A DNA stretch of 64,000 nt from Squalus acanthias (taxonomy: Eukaryota). Position 1 is the stretch's first letter. The number at the start of each line of letters is the position of its first letter. The notes under the pieces are model-generated. The model had not been told where the DNA came from. It saw only the letters and a program-made list of their open reading frames with translations, and searched no databases. Positions 1-12,193 of this stretch are shown in pieces. The DNA is taken from assembly GCA_030390025.1 (NCBI GenBank), contig CM059431.1, positions 116,066,001 through 116,130,000 on the forward strand, read 5' to 3'. The position numbers and the translations under genes are program-made.

Positions 1-499
1 CGGCGTTCGCGGAGACTCGACTGCGACTCGGCAACATTGCCGGTTATTTGAGAGGAGTTTTCGGAGGATGATTTTTGCCGGTTAAGCGAGAATTCCGGAT
101 ATTTGGGTGCTGGATAAACAAAAGTTTCCTGTACAATGGATGCACTGTACTGTATTTACTGAAGACATGCTTCAGTACTGCTCTGTGCAGAATAATTGCA
201 GTCATAATACAATAATGAGTATTTCAGGTCAATGCACACAACTGTACATAACATATATACCAACACATATTGGGCATCAATGTTTCATAGTTTCCATGTT
301 TTAACTTGTTCTGTGTCAATGTTCTATTTAATATGTCATGCCATTGTATTGATTTAGCCTTCCAACAAACAAAACATTTAGGAATTGCTCTAAAATTCGA
401 CATTGCACATTTTCCTTGAAAATCTAGTAACTTCTTTCAATAAGTTGCTGTTTTAAAAATGTAAATGAAGACATAATTTAGGGATAAAATATTGGGGCT

Positions 500-1720
500 G
501 ATTTCCCTGACGTCTTCTGTGACCTTGGTGAACTATCCCTTTGCATCCTTCTTGAACTCTCTGCAATCTCTGACATGGTCGACGACACCGTCCTCCTCCA
601 ACACCTCTGTTCCATTATCGAGCTCAGTGGGACTACCCTTGCTTGGTTCCACTCTTACCTTTCCAAACATAGCTAGAGAATCTCCAGCAATAGCGTCTCA
701 TGCCCCCCCACACCATTACCTCTGGAGTCCCCCAAGGATCTATCCTTGCTCCTCTCCTGTTGCTCATCTACATGTTGCCGCTTGGCGACATCATCCAAAT
801 ACATGGTGTTAGGTTCCAAATGTACATTGACTACACCCAGCTCTACCTGTCCACCAACTCTGTCGAACTTTCTGCTGCGTCTGTATTGTCAGACTGTTTG
901 TCCAACATTCAGGCCTGGATGAGCGGCAATTTCCTCCAGCTAAACATTGGGAAGATCTAAGCCATTTGGCATCCACCACAAACTCTGGACCCTTGCCCAT
1001 GATTCCATTCCCTTCCCTGGTCATTGTCTCATGTTGAATCAGACTGTTCACAACCTCGATGTCTTATTTGACTCTGAACTGAGTTGCTGATGCCACATCT
1101 GCTCCATCACAAAGACCTACTTCCACCTCCATAACATCGCCTGTCTCTGCTTCTGCCTCAGCTCATCTGCTGTTGAAACCCTCAACCATGTCTTTGCCAC
1201 CTCAAGGCTCAACTATTCCAATGCTGACCTGGCCGGCCTCCCATCCTCCACCATCCATAAGCTTCAGCTCATCCAAAGCTCTGCTGTCTGTATGCTATCC
1301 TGCACCAAGTCCCACTCACCCACCACCCCCTATACTCCAGGTCTCCCAGTGCCTCAAATTTTAACCTCTCATCTTTGTGCTCAATTCCCTTATGGCCTTG
1401 TCCCTCTCTATTGCTATAAGCTTCTCCAGTCCTACATCCCCCTGAGAGCTCTGCATTTTTCCAACACTGACCTCTTGTGCATCCCGAAATCCCATCATTG
1501 GCAGCTATGCTTTGAACCGGCTAGGCCCTAAGCTCTGGAATTCCCTCTCTACATTTCTCCTCCTCTTTCTTTTACCTCACCTCCTTTAAGACCCTCTTTA
1601 AAACCTACCTCTTTGACCAAACCTTTTTTGGATCATTGTCAATTTTCATCTGATGATGCTTCAGTTCGAATGTTTGTCTATGTAAAATGCACTATATAAA
1701 TGCAAGGTGTTGCTGTTGTT
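500..1720 (+). mobile_element. L2-clade LINE, 5'-truncated, degenerate RT C-terminal half plus 3' UTR
   Basis: ORF 700-960 contains ITSGVPQGSILAPLL and YIDYTQLY (degenerate YADD), then NFLQLNIGK; ends in a TGTTG-type tail like the other L2 copies in the window. Confidence 0.85.
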
Positions 1721-2091
1721 CATTGAGCCCCCGGTACAGCTCCATCCTCTGACAGGGTCATACCATGGGAAACAGAGTGCAGCTGTAAGAGTCGCAGATC
1801 TGCAGTTGTAGATTTGGCTTCTGGCCTCATTGCTTTCTTGGTTCTATTGGAGAATGGTAGCCAGAAGGCCCCAAATCCTAAAGTGGTTACTGGAAAAAAA
1901 AAGTGAACTAACCTTTTGGATTCTTATTACCTTGCTGCCTCATCACCCTAGCCTCTCTGAGGGGTGTCCAGGTGCAAGGCTCACCATCAGCTTCTTGGGG
2001 CACCTACAAATGGGCCATAAGCACAAGAAATTGCAGCAGGAGGGCCATTGCTGGGGCTGTGCCTATTGCAGGCTCAGGCTCTGCCACCTCA

Positions 2092-2396
2092 CACAGAATC
2101 ACAGAATCACAGAATCCCCACAGTGCAGATAGAGGCCATTTCGGCTCATCGAGCCTGCACCGACACATATCCCACCCTATCCCCGTAACCCCACGTATTT
2201 AATCCCCCTAACACTAAGGGTCAATTTATCATAGCCAAATCAACCTAACCCGCACATCTTTGGACTGTGGGAGGAAACCGGAGCACCCGGAGGAAACCCA
2301 CGCAGACACGGGGAGAATGTGCAAACTCCACACAGACAGTCACCCGGGGCCGGATTCGAACCCAGGTCCCTGGCGCTGTGAGGCAACAGTGCTAAC
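2092..2396 (-). mobile_element. tRNA-derived V-SINE (HE1-like)
   Basis: Minus strand has B box GGTTCGAATCC, V-domain GTGTGGAGTTTGCACATTCTCCCCGTGTCTGCGTGGGTTTCCTCCGGGTGCTCCGG and an 8-bp repeated tail (ACAGAATC on +). Confidence 0.85.
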
Positions 2397-2520
2397 CTCC
2401 TCTCGGTGGAATCCCCAGAAATCCCAGGATACTGTAAAGGGGCAGATATCCCTGTCTGCCATTTTAAAAATGAGAAGTCTCACAACACCAGGTTATAGTC
2501 CAACAGTTTTATTTTAAAAT

Positions 2521-2555
2521 TACGAGCTTTCGGAGCTCTGCTCCTTCTTCAGGTA
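2521..2555 (-). ncRNA. Minimal type I hammerhead ribozyme (Penelope pseudo-LTR)
   Basis: Minus strand TAC-CTGAAGA-A-GGAGC-AGA-GCTCC-GAAA-GCTC-GTA. Confidence 0.8.
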
Positions 2556-2608
2556 CAGGCACAGTGAGGGAATACAAATCGATTACACAGTATATATATA
2601 TATATATA

Positions 2609-3019
2609 GAAACTAGGAGCAGGAGTAGGCCATTCGGCCCGTCGAGCCTGCTCCACCATTCAATATGATCATGGCTGATCATTCAAATCCAGTACCCTGT
2701 CCCTGCTTTAATCCCCACAGTACACATATCCCACCCTACCCCCGTAACCCCATGTATTTAATTCCCCCTAACATATCCCATCCTATCCCCATAACCCCAC
2801 ATATTTAATCCCCCCCTAACACTAAGGGTCAATTTATCATAGCCAAATCAACCTAACCCGCACATTTTTGGACTGTGGGAGGAAACCGGAGCACCCGGAG
2901 GAAACCCACGCAGACACGGGGAGAATGTGCAAACTCCACACAGACAGTCACCCGAGGTCAGATTCGAACCCAGGGTCCCTGGCGCTGTGAGGCACCAGTG
3001 CTAACCACTATGCCACCAT
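2609..3019 (-). mobile_element. CR1 3'-end fragment (2609-2709) plus V-SINE (2710-3019) inserted in the (TA)n tract of the Penelope pseudo-LTR
   Basis: GGAGCAGGAGTAGGCCATTCGGCCC is the CR1 3' UTR; V-domain nearly identical to 2092-2396; (TA)n tract is split on both sides. Confidence 0.8.
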
Positions 3020-3209
3020 GTATATACAGAGAACAATGTGTCTGCAGAGATACAATATGTTAGGGAGGCATTACATCAAAGACACATCAGAGTACAGCTA
3101 AGACAATGAGGTGGGGTCACAGGGGGTCCAACGTGTCAAATGCTGCCGTCTGCAGTTAAGCTTTTAACTTTTTTTTAATAAAAACTGGAAAACAGACAAC
3201 GATGTCGAG

Positions 3210-3650
3210 TCACATTCTGTAGCGTGACATGAACCCGAGATCCCTGTTGAGGCCGTCCTCATGGGTGCGGAACTTGGCTATCAGTTTCTGCTCGATGATT
3301 TTGCGTTGTTGTGTGTCTCGAAGGCCGCCTTGGAGAACGCTAACCCGCAGATCCGAGGCTGAATGTCCTTGACTGCTGAAGTGTTCCCTGACTGGGAGGT
3401 AACAATTCTGCCTGGCGATTGTTGCGCGGTGTCCGTTCATACGTTGTCTCAGTGTCTGCATGGTCTCGCTGATGTACCATGCCGCGGTGCATTCTTTCCT
3501 GCAACGTATGAGGTAGACAACGTTGGCCGAGTCACATGAGTATGTACCATGTACCTGGTGGGTAGTGTCCTCACGTGTGATGATGGTGTGATGATGGTAT
3601 CTGTGTTGATGATCTGTCATGTCTTGCAGAGGTTGCCGTGGCAGGGTTGA
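3210..3650 (-). pseudogene. Penelope-like GIY-YIG endonuclease fragment
   Basis: NVVYLIRCRKEC..WYISETMQTLRQRMNGHR...EHF...EQKLIAKFRTHEDGLNRD. Confidence 0.9.
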
Positions 3651-3860
3651 CCAGTTTTTATTAAAAAAAAGTTAAAAGCTTAACTGCAGACAGCAGCATT
3701 TGACACGTTGGACCCCCTGTGACCCACCTCATTGTCTTAGCTGCACTCTGATATGTCTTTGATGTAATGCCTCCCTAACAGATTGTATCTCTGCAGACAC
3801 ATTGTTCTCTGTATATATATATATACTGTGTAATCGATTTGTATTCCCTCACTATGCCTG

Positions 3861-3895
3861 TACCTGAAGAAGGAGCAGAGCTCCGAAAGCTCGTA
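3861..3895 (+). ncRNA. Minimal type I hammerhead ribozyme (Penelope pseudo-LTR)
   Basis: CTGAAGA core 3864-3870, stem II GGAGC/GCTCC, GAAA 3885-3888, palindromic AGCT in place of stem III, stem I TAC/GTA. Confidence 0.8.
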
Positions 3896-4061
3896 ATTTT
3901 AAATAAAACTGTTGGACTATAACCTGGTGTTGTGCGACTTCTCATTTTTGTCCACCCCAGTCCAACACCGGCATCTCCGCATCATGCCATTTTAAAGGCA
4001 GTGTTAAACAGAATGATGCCTCTATTAAAATAGTGGGCAAAGGAATGTCATAAATGTATAC

Positions 4062-4242
4062 AAAAGCAAAATACTGCAGGTGCTGGAAATCTGAAATAAA
4101 AACAAAAAATGCTGGAAACACTCAGCAGGTCAGGCAGCATCTGTGGAGAGAGAAACAGAGTTAATGTTTCAGGTTGATTACCTTTCGTCAGAACGTTCTA
4201 ACGATGCTGCCTGACCTGCTGAGTATTGCCAGCATTTTCTGT
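4062..4242. mobile_element. Short fold-back Penelope-derived element with hammerhead core (4160-4194, minus strand)
   Basis: AATGCTGG..CTCAGCAGGTCAGGCAGCATC is mirrored by GATGCTGCCTGACCTGCTGAG..CCAGCATT; minus strand reads CTGACGA-AAGGTA-ATC-AACCT-GAAA; same sequence as the terminus of the 50098-51826 element. Confidence 0.75.
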
Positions 4243-6051
4243 CAAGAATGCATAATTTGTTTGTGTGCACATATTGGTAACACTTATTTCTAGGCTGCAT
4301 TTACTTTTACCAAAACGATGAATGGAAACACAAGTTGGCTACCAGTATAATAAGTTATTAATATGTGCTATTTTTGGATCATTAAACTCAACTGTTCTAC
4401 AGATCTAAGTGGCAAGTCCACACCCAAATAAATTATTCACAAAAGCCTTAATTGACAAAAATGTATTCAATGGTCTGTACCTCTATATAGGCATCTATCT
4501 ATCTGCCTAACTATTGTTTAACAGCGTTTGAGAGTTCTTACAAGGGTTTGCCAAGATTTTGGGAACTAAGCATGTTTAATTCACATGTTGATCTACCATT
4601 TTGCCATCTGGAACAGATTTCAAATGCCAGATTCACTGTTTTCTGTTATATACCAATGTGACAGTCTCCAGATGTGAAATTATCCCTACACTCACCCAGG
4701 GAGGTGTTAATCTATCTACTGATGACTTTGTTAAGGTGTCTTCTGAGCCATACTCATGGTATGGTTGAAAACAATTCACCTTTGTCGATTACCTATTTAG
4801 TATGTGTTTTTGACTTAGAATCATAATAGAATCATAGAATGATACAGCACAGAAGGATGCCATTCGGCCCATCGTGCCCGAGCTGGCACTTTCATCAGTG
4901 TTTTTGCTAGTGCTAGTTCTACCTTTTTGAAGTTTGATCAGTGTTTCTGCTCTTTGCTTTTACTGTGGCTTGAATCTGGTTCTTTTTTCCTTAGCCATTG
5001 CTGTACCTGATCCAGTTGTAATGGAGCATAGCCCTCTGTATAGCCACATTCCTTTTTAAAGGGTAGTTGCCTGGAAAAAAAAGTGGCCCATCGCATTCTT
5101 TAAAACACATGTGATTATTGTTTTCTGATGTGACTTATTTCATTCCAATGTGAATTGTGTCATCGCATTACACGTTGGTAAGTGCTACTTAAAAGCAGTG
5201 CCAATGAGTTTCCAATGGTAATGATGGCTTTTTAAGTATTGTTAACCTGTCTTTTATAGCTGTGTAGCTTGATCTGTTTAATGGATACTTTGTAAGAGTT
5301 GAGAATTTATTGAGAATTTGCGTCCCCCGGACTTAGAGGTGAATGCATTAAATTAAGCCCTTGCTTAGTTTCAATACTATAATCTCCATCACAATCTGGG
5401 TCTGGATTTTTCCTTGATTTACCATCTCTTTGGGCAGTTTTGTGGCACAAAACTAAAATGGGTGGCAATGGTTATAGCCTCAACAATGCTGGTAATAACT
5501 TGAACAAGAGTCCCTTTGCTGACTGCTGGGGGGCTGTCCCACTGCCTTTAAATAGGGAAAGTAGGAGCGGCTAGCCACCCCGCTCGAATTTCTGCCCCAA
5601 CCCATCTCTAATTATTACTGCACTACATTAGTGGCAGTATGAACTGCAAAGAGGTGGATTTGCTTGTATGGAGCTGAAGGTTGGTGTTATTTTGCCTGAA
5701 TATCAATTTTCATTGTTTGGTGCTGTGGATGTTCTGTCGAGACTTTTACTGGCCTGTTTGGTCACTCTACAGAAAGTACAATGCGGACTGGGAACATAGA
5801 TTTCCCAATGGGAAACCCTCTATTTCTATGTTTTTAGGAGAAAGAGGCTGGGGCGATGGATGAGGCTAGATTGGAAGCAGTTAGAGTGAGGCATCACAAA
5901 AGATGTATGTTCTCTACATGCAGATACCCACTCACTGCATTCCAGTGTCTTTGAAGGCTGTGCCATGCCGAGAGGCAATTTAGGACATATACCAACTGCA
6001 TCCCACTTCCACCAGGAGAACAGCTGTCTATATCAGTCAAAGTATCCAGGA

Positions 6052-7517
6052 GATATCCAGGAATAATATTCCAATCCTCCATAGAAACGGGGGTGATGCC
6101 AGAGGACTGGAGAATTGCAAATGTTACACCATTGTTCAAAAAAGTGTGTAAAGATAAACCCAGCAACTACATGCCAGTCAGTTTAACCTCGGTAGTGGGG
6201 AAGCTTTTAGAAACAGTAATCAGGGACAACATTAACAGTCACTTGGATAGGTGTGGAATAATTAAGGAAAGCCAGCATGAATTTGTTAAAGGCAAATTGT
6301 GTTTAACCAACTTGATTGAGTTTTTTGATGAGGTAGCAGAGAGGGTTGATGAGGGTAATGCGGTTGCCGTAGTGTACATGGATTTCCAAAAGGCGTTCGA
6401 CAAAGTGTCACATAATAGGCTCGCTAGCAAAGTTGAAGCCAATGGAATAAAAGGGATAGTGGCAGCATGGATATGAAATTGGCTAAGTGACAGGAATCAG
6501 AGAGTAGTGGTGAATGGTTGTTTTTCGGACTGGAGGAACATATACAGTCGTGTTCCCCAGGGGTCGGTTCTAGGACCGCTGCTTTTCTTGATATATATTA
6601 ATGACTTGGACGTGGGTGTACAGGGCACAATTTCAAAATTTGCAGATGACACAAAACTTGGAAGTATAGTGAACAGTGAGGAGGAGAGTGATAGACTTCA
6701 GGAAGACATAAACAGGCTGGTGAAATGGGCGGACATGTGGCAGATGAAATTTAACGCAGAAAAGTGTGAAGTGATACACTTTGGGAGAAAGAATGAGGAG
6801 AGGACATATAAACTAAATGGTACAATCCTAAACGGGGTGCATGAACAGAGGGACCTGGGGGTATATGTGCACAAATCGTTGAAGGTGGCAGGGCAGGCTA
6901 AGAAAGCAGTTAAAAAGGTTTATGGAATCCTGGGCTTCATAAATAGAAGTATAGAGTACAAAAGTGTGGTAATTATGATGAACCTGTATAAAACACTGGT
7001 TCAGCCCAAACTGGAGTACTGTGTCCAATTCTGGGCACCACACTTTAGGAAGGATGTTAAAGCCTTAGAGAGGGTGCAGAAAAGATTTACGAGAATGATT
7101 CCAGGAATTCAGTTATGTGGATAGGCTGCAGAAGCTGGGGTTGTTCTCCTTGGAGCAGAGAAGATTGAGAGGAGATTTGGTAGAGCTGTTCAAAATCACG
7201 AGGGGTCTGGACAGAGTAGATAAAGAGAAACTGTTCCCATTGGCAGAAGGGTCGAGAACCAGAGGACACAGATTTAAGGTGATTGGCAAAAGAACTAAAG
7301 GCGACATAAAAAAAAACATTGTTACGTAGCGAGTCATTAAGATCTGGAATGCACTGCCTGAAAGAGTGGTGGAGGCAGACTCAATCTTATCTTTAAAAAA
7401 ATTGCAGGGCCACGGGGAAAGGGCAGGGGAGTGGGACAAGCTGAGAGTCGGCACGGGCTCGACGGGTCAAATGGCCTTCTTCCATGCTGTAACCATTCTA
7501 TGATTCTATGATTCTAA
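6052..7517 (+). mobile_element. CR1 LINE, 5'-truncated RT with stops/frameshifts
   Basis: DWRIANVTPLFKK, DFQKAFDKV, VPQGSVLGP, KFADDTK; (ATTCTATG)n tail. Confidence 0.95.
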
Positions 7518-7519
7518 TG

Positions 7520-8110
7520 TGCAGCGGATGGTGACTCAGATGTCACACCTATAGTGCCATGATGCAGGTCCGCACGAGTCTGCAACTGAGCCTGGAGCAA
7601 GTGACAGCTTCAGTACAAACTGCAACAGAGGGCTCAGAAGCAGAGCGTCAACAGGGAGTAGTTGCTGCAAGCATGGCAGCCGCAACTGCTGCTGTTGAGG
7701 CAAGGGTGCCAGATATGAGAAGATTATCTCTTGTAGTTTCCAATGGATTGCGGCTGGAATCCAGGCAGCTCTCTTTGAGGGCTTCAGAGATCCAATTGGA
7801 ATTATTCAGTCAGTTTTTCTGCTAATCAGTGACCTGTCGGAGACAGCAATGTCTGTATCTTCCCCTCAGCACCCCCACCCCACAAATGGCTGAACATGTT
7901 TGTCAAAGCAGCCAGGGCGAGGGTGACCTTGCCATGGCTGAGGACACATGGACTTCAGCAGGTCCCTCTGCTGTAGCCTTAGCAGTATGAGACCAAGGGC
8001 TATCTCAGGTCCCAAAGGTTTCTGATGCAAAGTACCAGACTTTCACCTTTGAACTTGCCTCTGAGGTGGCACTTACAAGAAGTAGGAGGTTGGGACTGAA
8101 GGGTGGGCAA
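7520..8110 (+). mobile_element. Possible relic of the low-complexity C-terminal part of a Harbinger Myb/SANT accessory gene
   Basis: Ala/Gln/Ser-rich ORF 7559-7825 similar in character to 14770-14910; no diagnostic motif. Confidence 0.3.
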
Positions 8111-8343
8111 AAATACCAAAATTCCTGTCAACTGGTGGAGTTTTGGCGCTAATCTTCTTTGCCACTTCTTCCTACTTTTAGTACTGAGATTGTATTAATA
8201 GCTTCAGCTGTTTCAAAAATAGGCTAAACCTTAAAAATACTAAAAAATGTGTTAATGAGAGTCCATGTTAGGATTGTTGTGGCTAATATGTGATGAAACC
8301 AAGGTAGAACAATGGGTAACTGAACTTAATAGTGTCATAGTCA

Positions 8344-8431
8344 CTTCACCTGACGAAGGAGCAGCGCTCCGAAAGCTTATGATTTCAAATAAAGCTGTTG
8401 GACTATAACCTGGTGTTGTGCGACTTTCACA
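8344..8431 (+). ncRNA. Isolated Penelope 3' terminus consisting almost only of a hammerhead ribozyme
   Basis: CTGACGA-A-GGAGC-AGC-GCTCC-GAAA-GCTT followed by the same tail as 3901-3940; flanked by ATAGTCA at 8337-8343 and 8432-8438. Confidence 0.8.
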
Positions 8432-10419
8432 ATAGTCAACAAGGGGGAATAGTACAATACTGCACTGAAAAACTGGGGATGGAGCATGTCACTTATTAAA
8501 TCTCAGTAAAAAAACACAGAATTTAGAATCGCCTCAACTTGGGGCTGAGAATCGGAAGCTGCATTTAAATGGTCTGCCTTGGATAAGGTTCTTTGCAATG
8601 GAAAATATTGATTTCTCATGCATTCACACATTCACCTGTAATGTATTAATAGTGAACCTAATAATAATGAACCTAACTCCTTTTGCTATCTCACTAACCT
8701 TTTGGGAGAAATATCTGTGGAATATGGTTGACTCATTTTACAAATATAATAAAAATTGATGTCATGCATTCATCTTAACTTTCTGAATTATGCTTATTTA
8801 TAATATATTTATGTATTGCTTTGATAGCTGGTCTTAAAAAAAATCAAAACTTCAGAAATCCATGTGTAGGTTGAATTAATATTTATTATACTGTCAGTGT
8901 TAAGACGAAAGGACTTTTTTAAAGGCAGTATCATTAATATAGCCATCAAGAAGATCAGTGATCATTGGCTACAGGCACCAACAATTGTCCTTATCAGGTA
9001 AGTCTGGTATTCAGCCTTAGTACATGCTCTAAACTTCATAATATAAAAGAACATGAAACAAGAACAACGCAGAAGATCATGAAAAATATCTCTCCCTTAG
9101 TTTCTGAATGACAGCCCTGTTTCAAGTCAAGGTGTACAACTCAGCTAGTGCTAAGGTAAAAAGATCATTTATAGCTTTTAACTCCAAAGCCAAAACAGCA
9201 ATTTCCTACAGGACTGTTAGACGGAGCCAAGAGGCAAAATACATCAATACTTGAACATGCCAGCACAAGTGATTAAAATAAGATTGAGTACCACTGTTGC
9301 GGCTGTATGCACAGAGACTGTATGAACGCACCCAAACCTCATTGATTTCTGGTCTGGCATTAGTAGAAGCTCCCTGCTGGATTCATTTATAATATAAATG
9401 AATCATATGTTACTTCTTCACAGCAGCTATTTAAAAGTGTCCTAGTCTTCTATTATTAAAGTCCAGTAACGCTAACCCACCTTCCTGACGTTCCGACTCA
9501 CAGCCCTCTTAGAAAATAAAATGCATAACCACATTACATCTGCTTTCTTTGATGCTTTTTTTTGTTAGGTGACCTTGCTGCTGGTTGGAGATTTTCAATG
9601 CCTTTTTTACGGCAGAAGCCAAACTGAGTTCTGATGATGCTGAAGCAATCAATTGAAAAAGATCAATAAAACAAAGTGAAGAAAAGGGAACAGAAATCTT
9701 AGCTGCAGTACATTATTATTGCAGAAGAAATCCTAAATCCCAGCTTGTCTTATGAAGGTTGTTTCATAAAATGTCTTTTCTTTTCATAGAATGTAAGGCT
9801 ATCCAACCATTGAAGATCTCTCAGCCAAGCTTGATCATGCCCCCCACCTAATATCGAGACATACACACTTACCAGCAAGCGACTGGGTACCATTAGAATT
9901 GGAATCCCGACTGATTTTTTTCCTCACCCTTGCCCAGGGGTGCTGAAACAAATTGAAGAGCCCCAGCTACAATCTTTCCCGAGATCAACAAACTCGGCAC
10001 AGAATGGGGTTGAATCAGAATGGCACAATGGGCGGTGTCTTCACCCACTGATGTAATGCAAATTCTCTTGTGCATGCAACTAAGTGAGAGTGACCCAGTA
10101 ACCTGAATAGCCAATTCTTATTTGTACCCTCTTGTGTTCAGTACAAGAGATCAACTGGACCACATGGACCACCCTGGCTCAATCAAAAAATGGGGTACTA
10201 GTTGATCTCCCATGGTATTGTTTAAAAACAGATTCTCTCTCTTCTTGTAAATCTTCCGCTGCTTGTCTACTGGTCTTTTATACTTTCTTTCCTCCTCTGT
10301 TTTTATGTTTGTCTTCCACGCCTTCTATCTCCTTCTTTCTCTGTCTCTCTCTCTCTGTATGACTCGTACACACTTTCATTGTCATCTCTGGATCTCTGTG
10401 CATCTCTGACTCTTTTTCT

Positions 10420-10830
10420 ATTTCCTTTGCACTCTCCCTGTACGAAGCATCTTCATTATCAAGATAGGCTAAAAGAGCTGGAACTCTACATTTTAGCGAA
10501 CCCAAGCCTCAGGGATGATCTGATCGAGGTTTATAAGATGATGAAGGGAATAGATTGTGTTTGAGTTTAGAGTTTGTTCCAATTAAATAGGTTAGGGAGG
10601 AGCAGAGGTCACAATTTTAAGTTGTGTAAGGCCAGATGTAGGTTAGATGTCAGGAAGTGGTTCTTTTTCCGAGAGAATAGTAGACCTGTGGAACAGGCTG
10701 CTGAATCGTGCAGTGCGATTCGCTGAATCCCTTAAAATTCGTCAATATCTGTTTCTGGCTGGGGCAGAGATAAACTCGTACAAAAGATAGGTACAGCATA
10801 AAATTACCAGGTCCAGAGTGATCTCCTGGA
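10420..10830 (+). mobile_element. CR1 3'-end fragment, older family
   Basis: YQDRLKELELY..LRDDLIEVYKMMKG; related to 55055-55775. Confidence 0.75.
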
Positions 10831-10954
10831 CATGTGAATATAAATGAAAGAAAATGTTATAATAGATATAAATATGAATGCCCGGGTGGCTGGTCAAGCC
10901 AGATGCATTAGGGTAGAGCTGAATGCAAGCCTCAGGCTGGAGGAGAACAAATGA

Positions 10955-11257
10955 ATGAACTTGCATTTATGTAGCGCCTTTTACAAATCCCAGGATGTCC
11001 CAAAGTGCTTTACAGTCAATGAAGTACTATTGAAGTGAATCACTCTTGTAATTTAGGAAATGTGACTGCCAATATGTGCACAGCAAGATCCCACAAACAG
11101 TAATGAAATAAATAACCAGATCATCTGTTTTAGGTATTAGTTGAGCGACAAATGTTGGCCAGGACACTGGGAGAATTCCCCTCCTCTTCTTAAAATAGTG
11201 CCGTGGGATCTTTTACGTCTACCTGATGGCAGACAGGGCCGCGGTTTAACGTCTCAT
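10955..11257 (-). mobile_element. Deu-domain SINE (SacSINE1-like)
   Basis: Minus strand GTAAAAGATCCCACGGCACTATTT..GGGGAATTCTCCCAGTGTCCTGGCCAACATTT (Deu domain, recognised from memory of consensus) and L2-like 3' tail. Confidence 0.7.
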
Positions 11258-11464
11258 ACAATAAAAAGAAGTTGGGGCTGAATTTCTAGGACGAGACTGA
11301 GGTTGTTAATGAGGCTTAGGCACTGAAACAGCTGATAAAAATGATGTAGGGAGTAGCAGTGGGCATGAATAGACAGGGAAAAATAATTTAAAATAATGCA
11401 AAGTAGGAGCAAAAACACAAAATGGGCACAAATTCCAGCAAATCCTTTTTGTTGTTTTCCTGAA

Positions 11465-12193
11465 TCCATAAAGTTCAGCTCATCCAAAACTCTGGTGCCT
11501 GTATCCTAATATGCGCTAAGTCCCAATCACCTATCACCCCTGTGCTCGCTGATCTACATTTGCTCCCAGTCCAGCAAAGCATCAAATTTAAAATTCTCAT
11601 ACTTGTGTTCAAATCCCTCCATGGCCTCGCCCTCCCATATTTTGAAAAATAGGAGAGTCAAGGGTTATGGGGAGCCAGCATGAAAGTAGAGTTGAAGCCA
11701 AGATCAGATGAGCCATGATCTTATTGAATGGCGGAGCAGGCTCGAGGGGCCGAATAGCCTACTCCTGCTCCTATTTCTTATGTTCTTATGTTCTATCTCT
11801 GAGGGAATTCCCCTATTCTTCTTCGAAATAGGGCCAAGGGATCTTTTACGTCCACCTGAGATGGCAGACTTGGTTTAACATGTTATCTGAAAGGCAGCAC
11901 TACCTCAGTACTGCAGTGGAGTGTCAGTCTAGATTATGGGCTCAAGTCATTGGTGGCCGTGCCTTCAGCTGTCTAGGCCCTAAGTTCTAGAATTCCCTCC
12001 CTAAACCTCTCCACCTCTCTCTCCTTCTTTAAGATGCTCCTTAAAACTTACCTCTTTTACCAAGCTTTTAGTCACCTGTCCTAGTATCTCCTCATGTGGC
12101 TTGTGTCATATTTTGCCCACCAATGCTCCTGTGAAGTGCCTTGGGATGTTTTACTACGTTAAAGGCGCTATCTAAATGTAGGTGCTTGTTGTT
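11465..12193 (+). mobile_element. L2 3' fragment interrupted by a CR1 3' end (11645-11793) and a Deu-SINE fragment (11800-11950)
   Basis: L2 motifs (GCTGATCTACATT, TTTAAAATTCTC, AAATCCCTCCATGGCCTCGCC) resume after the inserts; CR1 tail TTCTTATGTTCTTATG. Confidence 0.75.

Larger units (their letters stand above)
2469..3984 (-). mobile_element. Penelope-like element: 5'-truncated GIY-YIG end flanked by inverted pseudo-LTRs
   Basis: 2469-2608 plus 3021-3188 is the reverse complement of 3651-3949; GIY-YIG ORF lies between; 12-bp TSD TGCCATTTTAAA at 2457-2468 and 3985-3996. Confidence 0.9.

Noticed and set aside
2340..2396. tRNA-like A/B boxes (also ~2960-3019)
   Set aside because: SINE heads followed by the V-domain, not tRNA genes
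8930..9004. Strong donor CAG/GTAAGT
   Set aside because: Upstream frames show no VAV similarity and no clear acceptor
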